Positions 20,770 through 30,619 are shown, counted from the first letter of the stretch. The stretch: 64,000 nt of DNA from Flavobacteriaceae bacterium (GCA_965657365.1 CBFHOD010000005.1:1137-65136), one strand, 5' to 3'. The notes: generated by a model not told the origin, from the sequence alone. Numbers and translations: made by a program.

Positions 20770-21717
20770 ATGAATAAAATACCTAGCGTTAATTTGGCTG
20801 ATTTTTTATCTAATGATATCTCAAAAAAACAACAATTTATTAATGACATAGGTCATGCCTATGAAAATATCGGGTTTGTCGCTTTAAAGGGACATTTTTT
20901 AGATGATTTACTTGTAGATAAATTGTACGAACAAATTAAAAGATTTTTCGAACTCCCTACAGAAGTTAAAAGAAAATACGAAGTTCCAGGAATTGGTGGT
21001 CAGCGAGGCTATGTTTCCTTTGGAAAAGAAAGTGCCAAAGGTAGAAAAGAAGGAGATTTAAAAGAGTTTTGGCATTTTGGCCAATATGTTGAAAATAATG
21101 CTGAATTAGAATTAGAATATCCAAATAATGTTTTTGTTGATGAACTGCCTGAGTTTAATCAGGTAGGAAAAACAACCTATCGTATGTTAGAAAAAACAGC
21201 TAAATATGTATTGCGATCTTTGGCCATTCACTTAGGCTTAGAAGAAAAGTATTTTGATCAATATATTCATAATGGTAATAGTATATTAAGGCCTATACAC
21301 TACCCTCCTATTCAGTCTGAACCAAAAAATGCAGTAAGAGCTGCCGCTCATGGTGATATTAATTTAATTACATTACTAATGGGTGCTCAGGGAAAAGGCT
21401 TACAAGTTCAAAACTTAAATGGTGAATGGATAGATGCTATCGCTGAGCCTGATGAAATTATGATTAATGTTGGTGATATGCTTTCACGTCATAGTAATAA
21501 TAGATTAAAATCAACAATACATAGAGTAACAAATCCACCAAAAGAATTGTGGGGAACCTCTAGATATTCTATTCCTTTCTTTTTACACCCGATAAGCAAT
21601 ATGAAATTAAATGTTTTGGAAGGGTGTATAGATCAAAATAACCCAAAAGAATTTGAAGACATTACTGCAGGAGATTTCTTAAACGAACGCTTACGTGAAT
21701 TGGGATTAACCAAATAG
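20770..21717 (+). CDS. Isopenicillin N synthase-family 2OG-Fe(II) oxygenase
   Basis: HGD...H facial triad (AAAHGDINL; STIHRV), RYS motif and DIOX_N-type N-terminus. Confidence 0.9.
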   Translation: MNKIPSVNLADFLSNDISKKQQFINDIGHAYENIGFVALKGHFLDDLLVDKLYEQIKRFFELPTEVKRKYEVPGIGGQRGYVSFGKESAKGRKEGDLKEFWHFGQYVENNAELELEYPNNVFVDELPEFNQVGKTTYRMLEKTAKYVLRSLAIHLGLEEKYFDQYIHNGNSILRPIHYPPIQSEPKNAVRAAAHGDINLITLLMGAQGKGLQVQNLNGEWIDAIAEPDEIMINVGDMLSRHSNNRLKSTIHRVTNPPKELWGTSRYSIPFFLHPISNMKLNVLEGCIDQNNPKEFEDITAGDFLNERLRELGLTK

Positions 21718-21723
21718 AATTCT

Positions 21724-22050
21724 ATGGATTTTAAAGATCAGCTAAAAAATTTATTTCCAGATCACATAATAGAAGATGAGCCCGTAAAGGTTAATAAATC
21801 TAATATTTGGCTTCAAGATGAACCACTATTGTGTAAATATGAAAAACGTAAGGGAAAACCAATTACTATTATTGAAGGTTATAATGGTGCGGTTAAGGAT
21901 TTTAAAATTTTAGCCAAAGAAATAAAAACTAAACTTAGTGTTGGTGGCAGTTTTAAAAACGAAAGCATCATAATACAAGGGGATTATAGAGATAAAATAA
22001 TGGAAATATTACAGAATAAAGGTTTTTCAGTTAAACGTGTAGGAGGTTAA
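21724..22050 (+). CDS. yciH: SUI1/eIF1-like translation factor (YciH)
   Basis: RKGKPITII...LSVGGS...IQGDYR motifs. Confidence 0.88.
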   Translation: MDFKDQLKNLFPDHIIEDEPVKVNKSNIWLQDEPLLCKYEKRKGKPITIIEGYNGAVKDFKILAKEIKTKLSVGGSFKNESIIIQGDYRDKIMEILQNKGFSVKRVGG

Positions 22051-22073
22051 GCTATTATAAATTTGTTACTAAA

Positions 22074-22943
22074 ATGAAATTGAAAGATTCAGAACTAATT
22101 TTAAATGATGATGGCAGTATTTACCATTTAAACTTGAAACCAGAAAATATTTCTAATGATATAATTTTTGTTGGAGATCCAGAGAGGGTTAATAAAGTTA
22201 CACAACATTTTGATTCTATTGAGTTTTCAACACACAAGAGAGAATTTAAAACAACTACTGGAAGATATAAAAATAAGAGAATAACTGTAATTTCAACCGG
22301 AATTGGCGCAGACAATATTGATATTGTTTTAAATGAATTAGATGCTTTAGTAAACATAAATTTACAAACTAAAACAATTAAGAAAGATCATACAGCTCTT
22401 AACATTATAAGAATTGGAACATCCGGTTCCTTACAAAAAAATATTCCTATTGATAGCTTTTTAATGAGTACTTACGCTCTAGATATAAATGGAATGTTAC
22501 GCTCTTACCCTACTGAAACTATATCTCATCCTGAGATTGAAAACGCTTTTGTGAAGCATACCCAATGGGATGAAAAGAAAAGTTACCCTTTGGTAATTAC
22601 GAATAGTAAAGTATTAGAATTTAAAATCACTTCTGATATAATTTTCAAAGGAATGACAGCTACAGCTGGTGGTTTTTATGGGCCTCAAGGAAGATCCCTA
22701 CGTTTGGCTGTTAAAGACCCCAAACTAAATACTAAAATAGATTCTTTCGATTACAAAGGAATTAAAGTTACTAATTTAGAAATGGAAACATCTGCCATAT
22801 ATGGGTTGGCGAAGCTATTAGGACATCAGGCATGTTCTATGAATGCAATTATTGCAAATAGAGCGCTAGGAAAATTTAGTGAAAACCCAAATCAGGTGAT
22901 TGGAGATTTAATCTTTTACACATTAGAGAAATTAGTGAATTAA
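22074..22943 (+). CDS. Nucleoside (uridine) phosphorylase family
   Basis: VGDPERV, STGIGADN, RIGTSG, FYGPQGR and NLEMET motifs. Confidence 0.9.
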   Translation: MKLKDSELILNDDGSIYHLNLKPENISNDIIFVGDPERVNKVTQHFDSIEFSTHKREFKTTTGRYKNKRITVISTGIGADNIDIVLNELDALVNINLQTKTIKKDHTALNIIRIGTSGSLQKNIPIDSFLMSTYALDINGMLRSYPTETISHPEIENAFVKHTQWDEKKSYPLVITNSKVLEFKITSDIIFKGMTATAGGFYGPQGRSLRLAVKDPKLNTKIDSFDYKGIKVTNLEMETSAIYGLAKLLGHQACSMNAIIANRALGKFSENPNQVIGDLIFYTLEKLVN

Positions 22944-23023
22944 AAAATATATACTAAAATTTAATAAAATGATTAAAAGTGTATTTAAAAAAATACGTAC
23001 ATTTAAAATATAAATTACAACTT

Positions 23024-23191
23024 ATGAAAAGATATATTTATGTTTCCATCTGTGTTCTCGGTTTAATCAGTTTTACATCTTGTAGAAGCACTTCAAAACC
23101 TTGTGGATTGGCAGACAATCTCATAAAATCCTCAGAAAAAATCTCAAAACAACCCCAAATAAATCAATCACTAGAATTTATAAAATCCTAG
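23024..23191 (+). CDS. Small (55 aa) lipoprotein
   Basis: MKR, hydrophobic core and lipobox FTSC from ATG 23024. Confidence 0.6.
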   Translation: MKRYIYVSICVLGLISFTSCRSTSKPCGLADNLIKSSEKISKQPQINQSLEFIKS

Positions 23192-23235
23192 CTTTTTATT
23201 CATTAATATTGGAGCTTATTTTTAAAAAAATAAAC

Positions 23236-23898
23236 TTACCAAATAATCTCTTTCAGCGATTTTTTTTTAAGATATTCATTTGTTTTAGAGAAGTGTTTAC
23301 ACCCAAACCAACCTCTCCATGCGCCCAGTGGCGAAGGGTGTGGTGCAGTTAAAACCTTATGTTTATTAAGATTTATAAGTTTTATCTTAGTTTGGGCAAA
23401 CTTCCCCCAAAGCAAAAAAACTAAATGTTCTTTTTGTTTTGAAACCTTATCAATAACAGCATCTGTAAATAGTTCCCATCCCTTATTTTGATGACTTCCT
23501 GCTTCACCTTCGCGAACTGTTAACGTTGCATTTAACAACAAAACACCTTGACTAGCCCAAGAAGATAAGTTTCCAGAAGTTGGAATGGGTTTATCAACGT
23601 CTGCTTGCAATTCTTTAAAAATATTTTTTAATGAAGGGGGTTGCTTCATATTATCCATAACAGAAAAACATAAACCATTTGCTTGACCTTTCCCATGATA
23701 AGGATCTTGACCAATAATTACTACTTTTAAATTTTCGAATGAACATGTATTAAAAGCTGAAAAAATATTTTTTCCTTCAGGATAACAAATATTGTTTACA
23801 TATTCAGAATTCACAAATCTAGAGAGGTTTTTGAATGACTCTTTATCAAATTCTGGTTGTAAGATATTTTTCCAGTTTTCCTCAATATTGATAATCAT
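23236..23898 (-). CDS. ung: Uracil-DNA glycosylase (family 1)
   Basis: GQDPYH, GVLLLN and HPSPL motifs; start MIINIEENW at 23898 avoids overlap with mutS2. Confidence 0.95.
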   Translation of the reverse strand: MIINIEENWKNILQPEFDKESFKNLSRFVNSEYVNNICYPEGKNIFSAFNTCSFENLKVVIIGQDPYHGKGQANGLCFSVMDNMKQPPSLKNIFKELQADVDKPIPTSGNLSSWASQGVLLLNATLTVREGEAGSHQNKGWELFTDAVIDKVSKQKEHLVFLLWGKFAQTKIKLINLNKHKVLTAPHPSPLGAWRGWFGCKHFSKTNEYLKKKSLKEIIW

Positions 23899-23934
23899 TC
23901 TTTTGTTATTTTTGTAAACTCCAAATATAAAGGT

Positions 23935-26142
23935 TTGAATATACATATCTCTGAGAAAGCATTACAAGATTTAGAATTTACAACAGTTATTCAACAAGTT
24001 GCTGCCTTTAGTATTTCAGAATTAGGAAAAAAACAAGTTTTAGAAACCTTACCTTTCTCTACCAAAAAAAGACTGCTTCGAGAATTAGAATTCACAAATG
24101 AATACCTATCATCATTTGAGAGCGACAATAGAATTCCCAATCACGGTTTTGATAATATTTATGAACAGATAAAACGATTAACTATTGAGGATAGTTATTT
24201 AGAAACAGAAAGTTTTTTAAAAATCGCTACCACATCTGAGACTATTAAGGAATTAAAAAAATATTTTAAAAAATTTCACAGCTACTTTCCACAACTTTAT
24301 ATTTTAAGTGAAAATGTTGATTTTATTCAACAAATTATTGACGATATAAAAAAAGTAATTTCTCCATATGGAGAAGTTGTAGATAGTGCCTCTCCTGAAT
24401 TAAGAAAAATACGAAGAAGTATCAGTGGCTTAAATGGCAAAATTGGACAAAGTTTTTCTTCAGCGTTAAGCAAAGCAAAGGCTTCAGGTTATTTGGATGA
24501 CATTAAAGAATCTATTATAGATAATCACCGTGTACTAGCTGTATTAGCCATGTATCGAAAAAAAGTATCAGGAAGTTTACTTGGTTCTTCAAAATCTGGT
24601 AACATTGTATATATTGCACCACAAGCCACACTAGCATATCAGAGAGAACTACAAAATCTAGAATATGAGGAAAAGCAAGAAGTTATTAGAATCCTTAAAA
24701 CTTTAAGTTATAGAATAAGACCTTATACATCACTATTAGAATCACAGCTAGACTATTTAACACATTTAGATGTGATTAGTTCAAAAACTAAATATGCGTA
24801 TTCTATAAACGGGTTGTTACCAAAAATTGGAGAAAATAAAAGAGTCTATTTTAAAGATGCCTTCCATCCTATCCTTTTAGTAACTCATAAAGAAGAGAAA
24901 TTAGAAGTTGTTCCACAAACTATTGAGCTAAATGAAAAACAACAAATTATAGTAATCTCTGGACCAAATGCCGGTGGTAAAAGTATTACTTTAAAGACTA
25001 TTGGTTTATTGCAGGTAATGTTGCAAAGTGGTATTCTAATCCCTGTAAATGAACAAAGTGAAACAACAATATTTGATACTGTTTTAACAGATATTGGAGA
25101 TAACCAATCTATTGAAAATCAACTAAGCACTTATAGTTATAGATTAAAAAACATGCGTTATTTTTTACGTAAATGCAATGAAAACACGTTGTTCTTAATA
25201 GACGAATTTGGTACAGGTAGCGATCCTGAATTGGGAGGAGCTCTTGCAGAAATATTTTTAGAAGAGTTTTATCACAAAAAAGCTTTTGGAATCATTACAA
25301 CTCACTATTCAAATTTAAAGGTTTTAGCAAATGAATTAGACTTTGTAACTAACGCTAATATGCAATTTAATGAACAATCCCTTGAACCATTATATAAATT
25401 GTATGTGGGTCAAGCCGGAAGTTCTTTTACATTTGAAGTTGCACAAAAAAATGGAATTCCATTTAGTCTAATTAATAAAGCTAAAAAACGAGTTGAAACC
25501 GAGAAAATTCGTTTAGATAAAACCATCTCAAAACTTCAAAAAGAAAGAAATCGTCTTCATAAAAATTCTGAAAATCTAGAAAAGCAAAAAACTAAAGGGC
25601 AAAAACATATTGAAAGTTTGCAAGATAAAGAAGAAAAAATTCAAGCAAAATTAGCTGGGTTTCAAGAATTATATGACAAGAATCAAAAAATGTTATCATT
25701 AGGAAGAAAAACCAATGAATTATTCAATAAATATTTACAGACAAATAACAAAAAAGAATTAACTCTAAATTTTAATAAATGGGTTGCCGATGAAAAAGTA
25801 AAATACGCTAAGAAAAACCCTATAAAGCCAAAAACAAAGTCACAAAAACAAAAAGCTAAAATTGTTGAAAAACAACTACAAGAAGTGATTCAAAAAGTAG
25901 AAAATGAAGTGATGAAAAAGGTAGTTGAAATAAGAAAAGTTAAAAATAAAGAAGCTAAGAAATTGGCAAAAATAAAGGCTGAATATGTATTTAAAATTAA
26001 CGATAGCGTTAGGCTCATAGATGGAAATTCTATAGGAACCATAGAAAAGATTGAAAAGAAAAAGGCTTTTATTAATTTCGGAAATTTTACAACTGAAGCT
26101 TCTTTGGAAAAACTAGAACTAGTAGAAAAAAGAAAAGGATAA
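23935..26142 (+). CDS. mutS2: MutS2 family protein (no C-terminal Smr domain)
   Basis: GPNAGGKS, DIGDNQSIENQLSTYS, DEFGTGSDP and TTHY motifs, coiled coil and KOW-like end; TTG start. Confidence 0.88.
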   Translation: MNIHISEKALQDLEFTTVIQQVAAFSISELGKKQVLETLPFSTKKRLLRELEFTNEYLSSFESDNRIPNHGFDNIYEQIKRLTIEDSYLETESFLKIATTSETIKELKKYFKKFHSYFPQLYILSENVDFIQQIIDDIKKVISPYGEVVDSASPELRKIRRSISGLNGKIGQSFSSALSKAKASGYLDDIKESIIDNHRVLAVLAMYRKKVSGSLLGSSKSGNIVYIAPQATLAYQRELQNLEYEEKQEVIRILKTLSYRIRPYTSLLESQLDYLTHLDVISSKTKYAYSINGLLPKIGENKRVYFKDAFHPILLVTHKEEKLEVVPQTIELNEKQQIIVISGPNAGGKSITLKTIGLLQVMLQSGILIPVNEQSETTIFDTVLTDIGDNQSIENQLSTYSYRLKNMRYFLRKCNENTLFLIDEFGTGSDPELGGALAEIFLEEFYHKKAFGIITTHYSNLKVLANELDFVTNANMQFNEQSLEPLYKLYVGQAGSSFTFEVAQKNGIPFSLINKAKKRVETEKIRLDKTISKLQKERNRLHKNSENLEKQKTKGQKHIESLQDKEEKIQAKLAGFQELYDKNQKMLSLGRKTNELFNKYLQTNNKKELTLNFNKWVADEKVKYAKKNPIKPKTKSQKQKAKIVEKQLQEVIQKVENEVMKKVVEIRKVKNKEAKKLAKIKAEYVFKINDSVRLIDGNSIGTIEKIEKKKAFINFGNFTTEASLEKLELVEKRKG

Positions 26143-26171
26143 AAACTTTTTAAATCAAAAAAAATAATAGC

Positions 26172-28001
26172 ATGATAAACTATCTAAAAAATGTATTAGA
26201 AAAAATGCCTAAAAGTTGGTTATCTACCACTACACATCGATTAGATATTTATGATGAAAAATTAGCCAAAACTAAATTTCTAGAACAGTTTGAATTGTTA
26301 AGTAAAAAAAATAGCATTGACACTTCGGTCTTAAATAATTTACCTACCGCTTATGATTACATTCGTTTAGGACATCCATTATCGTGTGTTTTAGAATGGG
26401 CAATTGCTCATTTACACGGCATAAATCCAAAAAACATCATAAGTTTTTCATCTCAGTCTATTCCAATTCTTGCCGTACTAAGAAAAAATTTATTAGCACA
26501 TAAAAATACTCGAATCATCTATACTGATAACTGTATAGATTTCTTAGATTATAAAACTATTAAACAAACTTATGGTTATAATTTTGAATTAAAAAAAGTT
26601 AAAAAATTATCTGATATTTCAGATTTTGAAGGGAGTACTGTATTGGTTTCGCAATCAGAAACAATAGATGTTAATAATCTAAAATTTAATATTGAATTTT
26701 TTATTAATATATATAAAAAACTTGGTAGTGTATTAATTGTTAATGGAAAACAAAACGAAAACTATATCTCTGAAATCCAACATGTAAGGAGAAGAGAGAC
26801 AATTGCAATGACTCCTGCAAATTGTCACACAGCTTTACTAGCTTTAATTAAAAATTCAACTTTTACTATTTCACCATCCAAATTAGAGCTCAATAAAAAA
26901 ATTGTTACAGATGAAATCATCACTATTACTGGTGCGAAAACAATGCCTTTAATTGGTTCTAGTGGTCTCTCTATGCAATATGCTATCATGATGGGTCTAG
27001 TAGACTTTGCTCAAGAAAACCACCAAGGAAAACCCATCAAATTTATAGTTCCTCCTAATTGTTACGGCGGAACTAATGACCAAGCAAGGCGGGTTGCTGC
27101 ATGCATAAAAAATGTTGAAGTAATTGATTTACATGTTGATAGAGAAAACGACATGACGCAGAGCATAGATGTTATTCTAGATGAAATTGCGATCCAAAAT
27201 GCTGTTCCATTTATTATAGCTGAAATTCCGACGAACCCTAGAGTTGAAGTTCCAGATTTAAAACAATTAAAAACAGTTTTAGAGAAGAAACGTAAAACTA
27301 CTTTAAGTGGTGATGCAATTAGCCCTGTTTTTGTTTTAGACCAAACTTTTTGTCCTAATACTCCGTTTTTAGATAGTGTTGAACTATTTTCTAAGGTTAA
27401 AGCCATTTCTTATGTTAGTGGTTCTAAATTTCCAAGTGGCGGACAATGCACAGCAGGATATTGTGTGGGAAATAAAAAAACAATTTCTTTAATGCTTAAA
27501 ATTGATAAGCATCTTAGTATTTGTGATAACCAAGCCACGGATCTTCAATATGAGATTTTAGCAAAACAGTTACCCTCCATGAATCAAAGAATATTTGATG
27601 CATATCAAAATACTCGAGATTTTGTGGACTTTATAACTAAAAACTTACCTAGTGCAAAAATTAACTTTGTTTCTAAAGAGTTAGCTAATCAAGGTTTTAC
27701 TCCGTCAGTTTTTTCATTAGACCTTCCAACTAAAGGAAATACAGCCAAAGAAAAAGAAAATTACAAAAGAGTATTAAATCTTAAATTAATAAATTTAATG
27801 ATTAAAAAAATACCTACTGAGAGTAAGTTTTGTGTAAGTTATGGCCAACTCAAAGGTAGCTATTGGACTATTCCTGCTACATCTACACAAGGAACTACAA
27901 AAGAGGGAGACAAAGATTATATAGTACGTGTATCCATATCACCAAAGATAAATCTTACACAGCATAAAAAAGTTTTTTTAGAGTTTACAGCAAATATTTA
28001 A
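26172..28001 (+). CDS. Cys/Met-metabolism PLP-dependent enzyme (cystathionine lyase/synthase fold), unusually long
   Basis: YIRLGHP, SSGL, YGGT, EIPTNP, DQTF and SGSK419FPSGG motifs. Confidence 0.75.
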   Translation: MINYLKNVLEKMPKSWLSTTTHRLDIYDEKLAKTKFLEQFELLSKKNSIDTSVLNNLPTAYDYIRLGHPLSCVLEWAIAHLHGINPKNIISFSSQSIPILAVLRKNLLAHKNTRIIYTDNCIDFLDYKTIKQTYGYNFELKKVKKLSDISDFEGSTVLVSQSETIDVNNLKFNIEFFINIYKKLGSVLIVNGKQNENYISEIQHVRRRETIAMTPANCHTALLALIKNSTFTISPSKLELNKKIVTDEIITITGAKTMPLIGSSGLSMQYAIMMGLVDFAQENHQGKPIKFIVPPNCYGGTNDQARRVAACIKNVEVIDLHVDRENDMTQSIDVILDEIAIQNAVPFIIAEIPTNPRVEVPDLKQLKTVLEKKRKTTLSGDAISPVFVLDQTFCPNTPFLDSVELFSKVKAISYVSGSKFPSGGQCTAGYCVGNKKTISLMLKIDKHLSICDNQATDLQYEILAKQLPSMNQRIFDAYQNTRDFVDFITKNLPSAKINFVSKELANQGFTPSVFSLDLPTKGNTAKEKENYKRVLNLKLINLMIKKIPTESKFCVSYGQLKGSYWTIPATSTQGTTKEGDKDYIVRVSISPKINLTQHKKVFLEFTANI

Positions 28002-28012
28002 TCCATAGAAAA

Positions 28013-28237
28013 CTATTCATAACCTTCAATTTGTTTGTCATAAAATAAAGAGGCTGCTTCAATAAGATTAGAAACTTCATCTGCTATATCATCTTCTCTT
28101 TCTCCAGATAAATCTTCAAACCATTCAATTTCATCATCTTTTAAATTGATTAAAAAACGAGGAAATTCTGTATGAAGAACGAAAATATCTTCAGGAAAAC
28201 TACTATTATCAGCTAATAAAAATTTAGGTAAGACCAT
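28013..28237 (-). CDS. Small acidic hypothetical protein
   Basis: 74 aa, LPKFLLADN...HTEFPRF; overlaps the MATE stop, suggesting translational coupling. Confidence 0.75.
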   Translation of the reverse strand: MVLPKFLLADNSSFPEDIFVLHTEFPRFLINLKDDEIEWFEDLSGEREDDIADEVSNLIEAASLFYDKQIEGYE

Positions 28238-29618
28238 GGTTTTTTGTTTTTATCAATTTTAAAGTTAAATAATTAAAGCGAAGATATAATAAAATAGATG
28301 CAGATGATAATCCCGCTAATAATCCTACCCAGATTCCTACGCTACCAAAAACATCCTCTTTCCCCAAGAAAAAACTGATAGGAAATCCAATAATCCAGTA
28401 TGAAATAAAAGTTATTAAGGTTGGTATGTTTACATCTTGAAGTCCACGTAATGCTCCTAAAACAACTACCTGAATACTATCACTAATTTGAAAAATTGCA
28501 GCTATTAATAATAATTGCGAAGCAATATTTACAACTTCCATGGTATCAATTAAATTTTCTGAATCAGTTAAATCAACATATATTTTAGGTAATTGAAATC
28601 TAAAAATTAAAAACAATAGGGCAAAACCAGCAGCAAAAATGAGAGCAAAGAGAAAAATAGAAATGGCTATTCTTCTTAATTCTATAAATTTCAATAAGCC
28701 TTTTTGATTCCCAACTCTTACCATAGCGGCAACTCCAAGCCCCATCGCAATCATAAACGTCATAGAAGATAAATTTAAAGCAATTTGATTTGCTGCTTGA
28801 GGGTTTTTACCCAATAAACCACTAAGCCATATGGCAACGGTGAAAATAGCTATTTCGAAAAACATTTGCATGGCACTTGGAGCACCTAAACTAATTATTT
28901 TCTTGAGCATAAATTTATCTAATACAAAAAATTTAATTTTGGTAACAAATTTCTTAGATCGTTCTTTGTTTGCCAATAACCACCACAAATAAGAAACCAT
29001 AATAAATCTAGATATGAGGGTACCATAGGCTGCACCAACTATACCAAAAGCAGGGAAACCAAATTTCCCAAAAATCAAAATATAATTTAAAATTATATTA
29101 ATAATGTTAGCTATAATTGTTGCATACATAGGATATTTAGTCATGGATAACCCATCACTAAACTGTTTAAATGCTTGGAAAATAATTAAAGGAATTAAAG
29201 AAAAAGCCACCAGGTCTAAATAAGGAATTGCTAGGTTCACAACTTCCTTTGGTTGATTTAAAAAATTACTATGCAGTAGCGACTTTGAAAGAAGTAAGAG
29301 TAAAAACATACTGATACCCAAAATAGAACATAAAAACAAGCCATGTTTAAAAGTAGACTTCACTTTTATAAAGTTAGTAGCAGCATCTGCTTCTGCTATT
29401 AAAGGGGTTATCGCAGTAGAAAAACCAATCCCAATAGACATGGCAATGAACATAAAACTATTTCCTAATGAGACCGCAGCCAATTCTGCTGTTCCTAATT
29501 GGCCAACCATAATATTATCTACAAAACTCACAAAAGTGTGACCTAACATTCCAAGCATAACCGGAGCAGCAAGAGTCCAGTTATACTTAAATTCTTTTGT
29601 GTAAATACTTAAATTCAT
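28224..29618 (-). CDS. MATE family efflux transporter
   Basis: About 12 TM segments; FVDNIMVGQLG, RVGNQKG and GALRGLQD motifs. Confidence 0.92.
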   Translation of the reverse strand: MNLSIYTKEFKYNWTLAAPVMLGMLGHTFVSFVDNIMVGQLGTAELAAVSLGNSFMFIAMSIGIGFSTAITPLIAEADAATNFIKVKSTFKHGLFLCSILGISMFLLLLLSKSLLHSNFLNQPKEVVNLAIPYLDLVAFSLIPLIIFQAFKQFSDGLSMTKYPMYATIIANIINIILNYILIFGKFGFPAFGIVGAAYGTLISRFIMVSYLWWLLANKERSKKFVTKIKFFVLDKFMLKKIISLGAPSAMQMFFEIAIFTVAIWLSGLLGKNPQAANQIALNLSSMTFMIAMGLGVAAMVRVGNQKGLLKFIELRRIAISIFLFALIFAAGFALLFLIFRFQLPKIYVDLTDSENLIDTMEVVNIASQLLLIAAIFQISDSIQVVVLGALRGLQDVNIPTLITFISYWIIGFPISFFLGKEDVFGSVGIWVGLLAGLSSASILLYLRFNYLTLKLIKTKNHGLT

Positions 29619-29733
29619 AGGTTGAAAAAATAAGTCACGAAGATATTATAATAATTAGTCTAATAATTAACAATATTGAAACAAATTTACTAGCTTAATT
29701 CTATTACTTTTACATTTTAAAAAAATACAAAAA

Positions 29734-30231
29734 ATGACAAAAATAACTCTTGGTGGTAAACCAATATCAACTTTTGGATCCATTCCTGAAAATGGATCAA
29801 AAGCACCCGATTTTCATCTAACAGCTACTGATCTTTCAAAAAAATCACTGTCTGACTTTCATGGATTTACATTATTATTAAATATATTTCCTAGTGTAGA
29901 TACTAGTACTTGTGCTGCCTCTGTAAGGTCCTTCAATAAATCTGCTGCAAGTATGGAAAACACAAAGGTGTTATGTATTTCTAAAGATTTACCTTTCACA
30001 CAACAAAGATTTTGTGGTGCAGAAGGTATAAAAAATGTGATAATGCTATCAGATTTTGCTGATGGAAATTTTGGTAAAAATTATGGATTAGAAATTGCAG
30101 ACAGTTCATTCAAAAATTTACTCTCTAGATCTGTAATTGTTATAAATCAAGAAGGAAATATTTGTTATTCAGAACAAGTTTCTGAAACTGGAAATGAACC
30201 AAATTATGAAAACGCGTTAGCAGCAATTTAA
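29734..30231 (+). CDS. tpx: Thiol peroxidase (atypical 2-Cys peroxiredoxin)
   Basis: FPSVDTSTCA and ISKDLPFTQQRFCGAEG motifs. Confidence 0.95.
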   Translation: MTKITLGGKPISTFGSIPENGSKAPDFHLTATDLSKKSLSDFHGFTLLLNIFPSVDTSTCAASVRSFNKSAASMENTKVLCISKDLPFTQQRFCGAEGIKNVIMLSDFADGNFGKNYGLEIADSSFKNLLSRSVIVINQEGNICYSEQVSETGNEPNYENALAAI

Positions 30232-30249
30232 AATATATCTTAAAGAGCT

Positions 30250-30579
30250 CTTAGTAATTTCATTGTAAAGCGAATTTCAAGTATATAATTTGACTTCTAG
30301 GTGTTTGGTTTCTAATTTCCACAGAAAGGAATATTAAACTCAGCTATTTATTATTGTATTAATTTCATTAGTTGGTTATTATTTTAAAATAAGTACCAAA
30401 CAATGGCTTATACAAATTTTTGTAATTGGTCAAGCTCTAGTTGCAGATTCATTAAATACAGGTATTGAAAAATTAGTTTTATTAAGTGTATATCTGCAGG
30501 TTCTTCTCAGATAGCAGCCATAATTTAATTAATTTTAGCTGGAATTATATACATTCCAAAAATAGCATTGCTTTTCTAA
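30250..30579 (+). pseudogene. dgkA: Degraded diacylglycerol/undecaprenol kinase (DgkA family)
   Basis: Fragments across frames: SNFIVKRISSI*FDF / GVWFLISTERNIK / QLFIIVLISLVGYYFKISTKQWLIQIFVIGQALVADSLNTGIEKLV / IKCISAGSSQIAAII*LILAGIIYIPKIALLF*. These match the DgkA E-x-LNT-x-IE and K-D-x-x-AG motifs, with stops and frameshifts. Confidence 0.8.
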
Positions 30580-30619
30580 GTAAATACTTATATTTACTTT
30601 TTAAACATTTTTATTTTTT

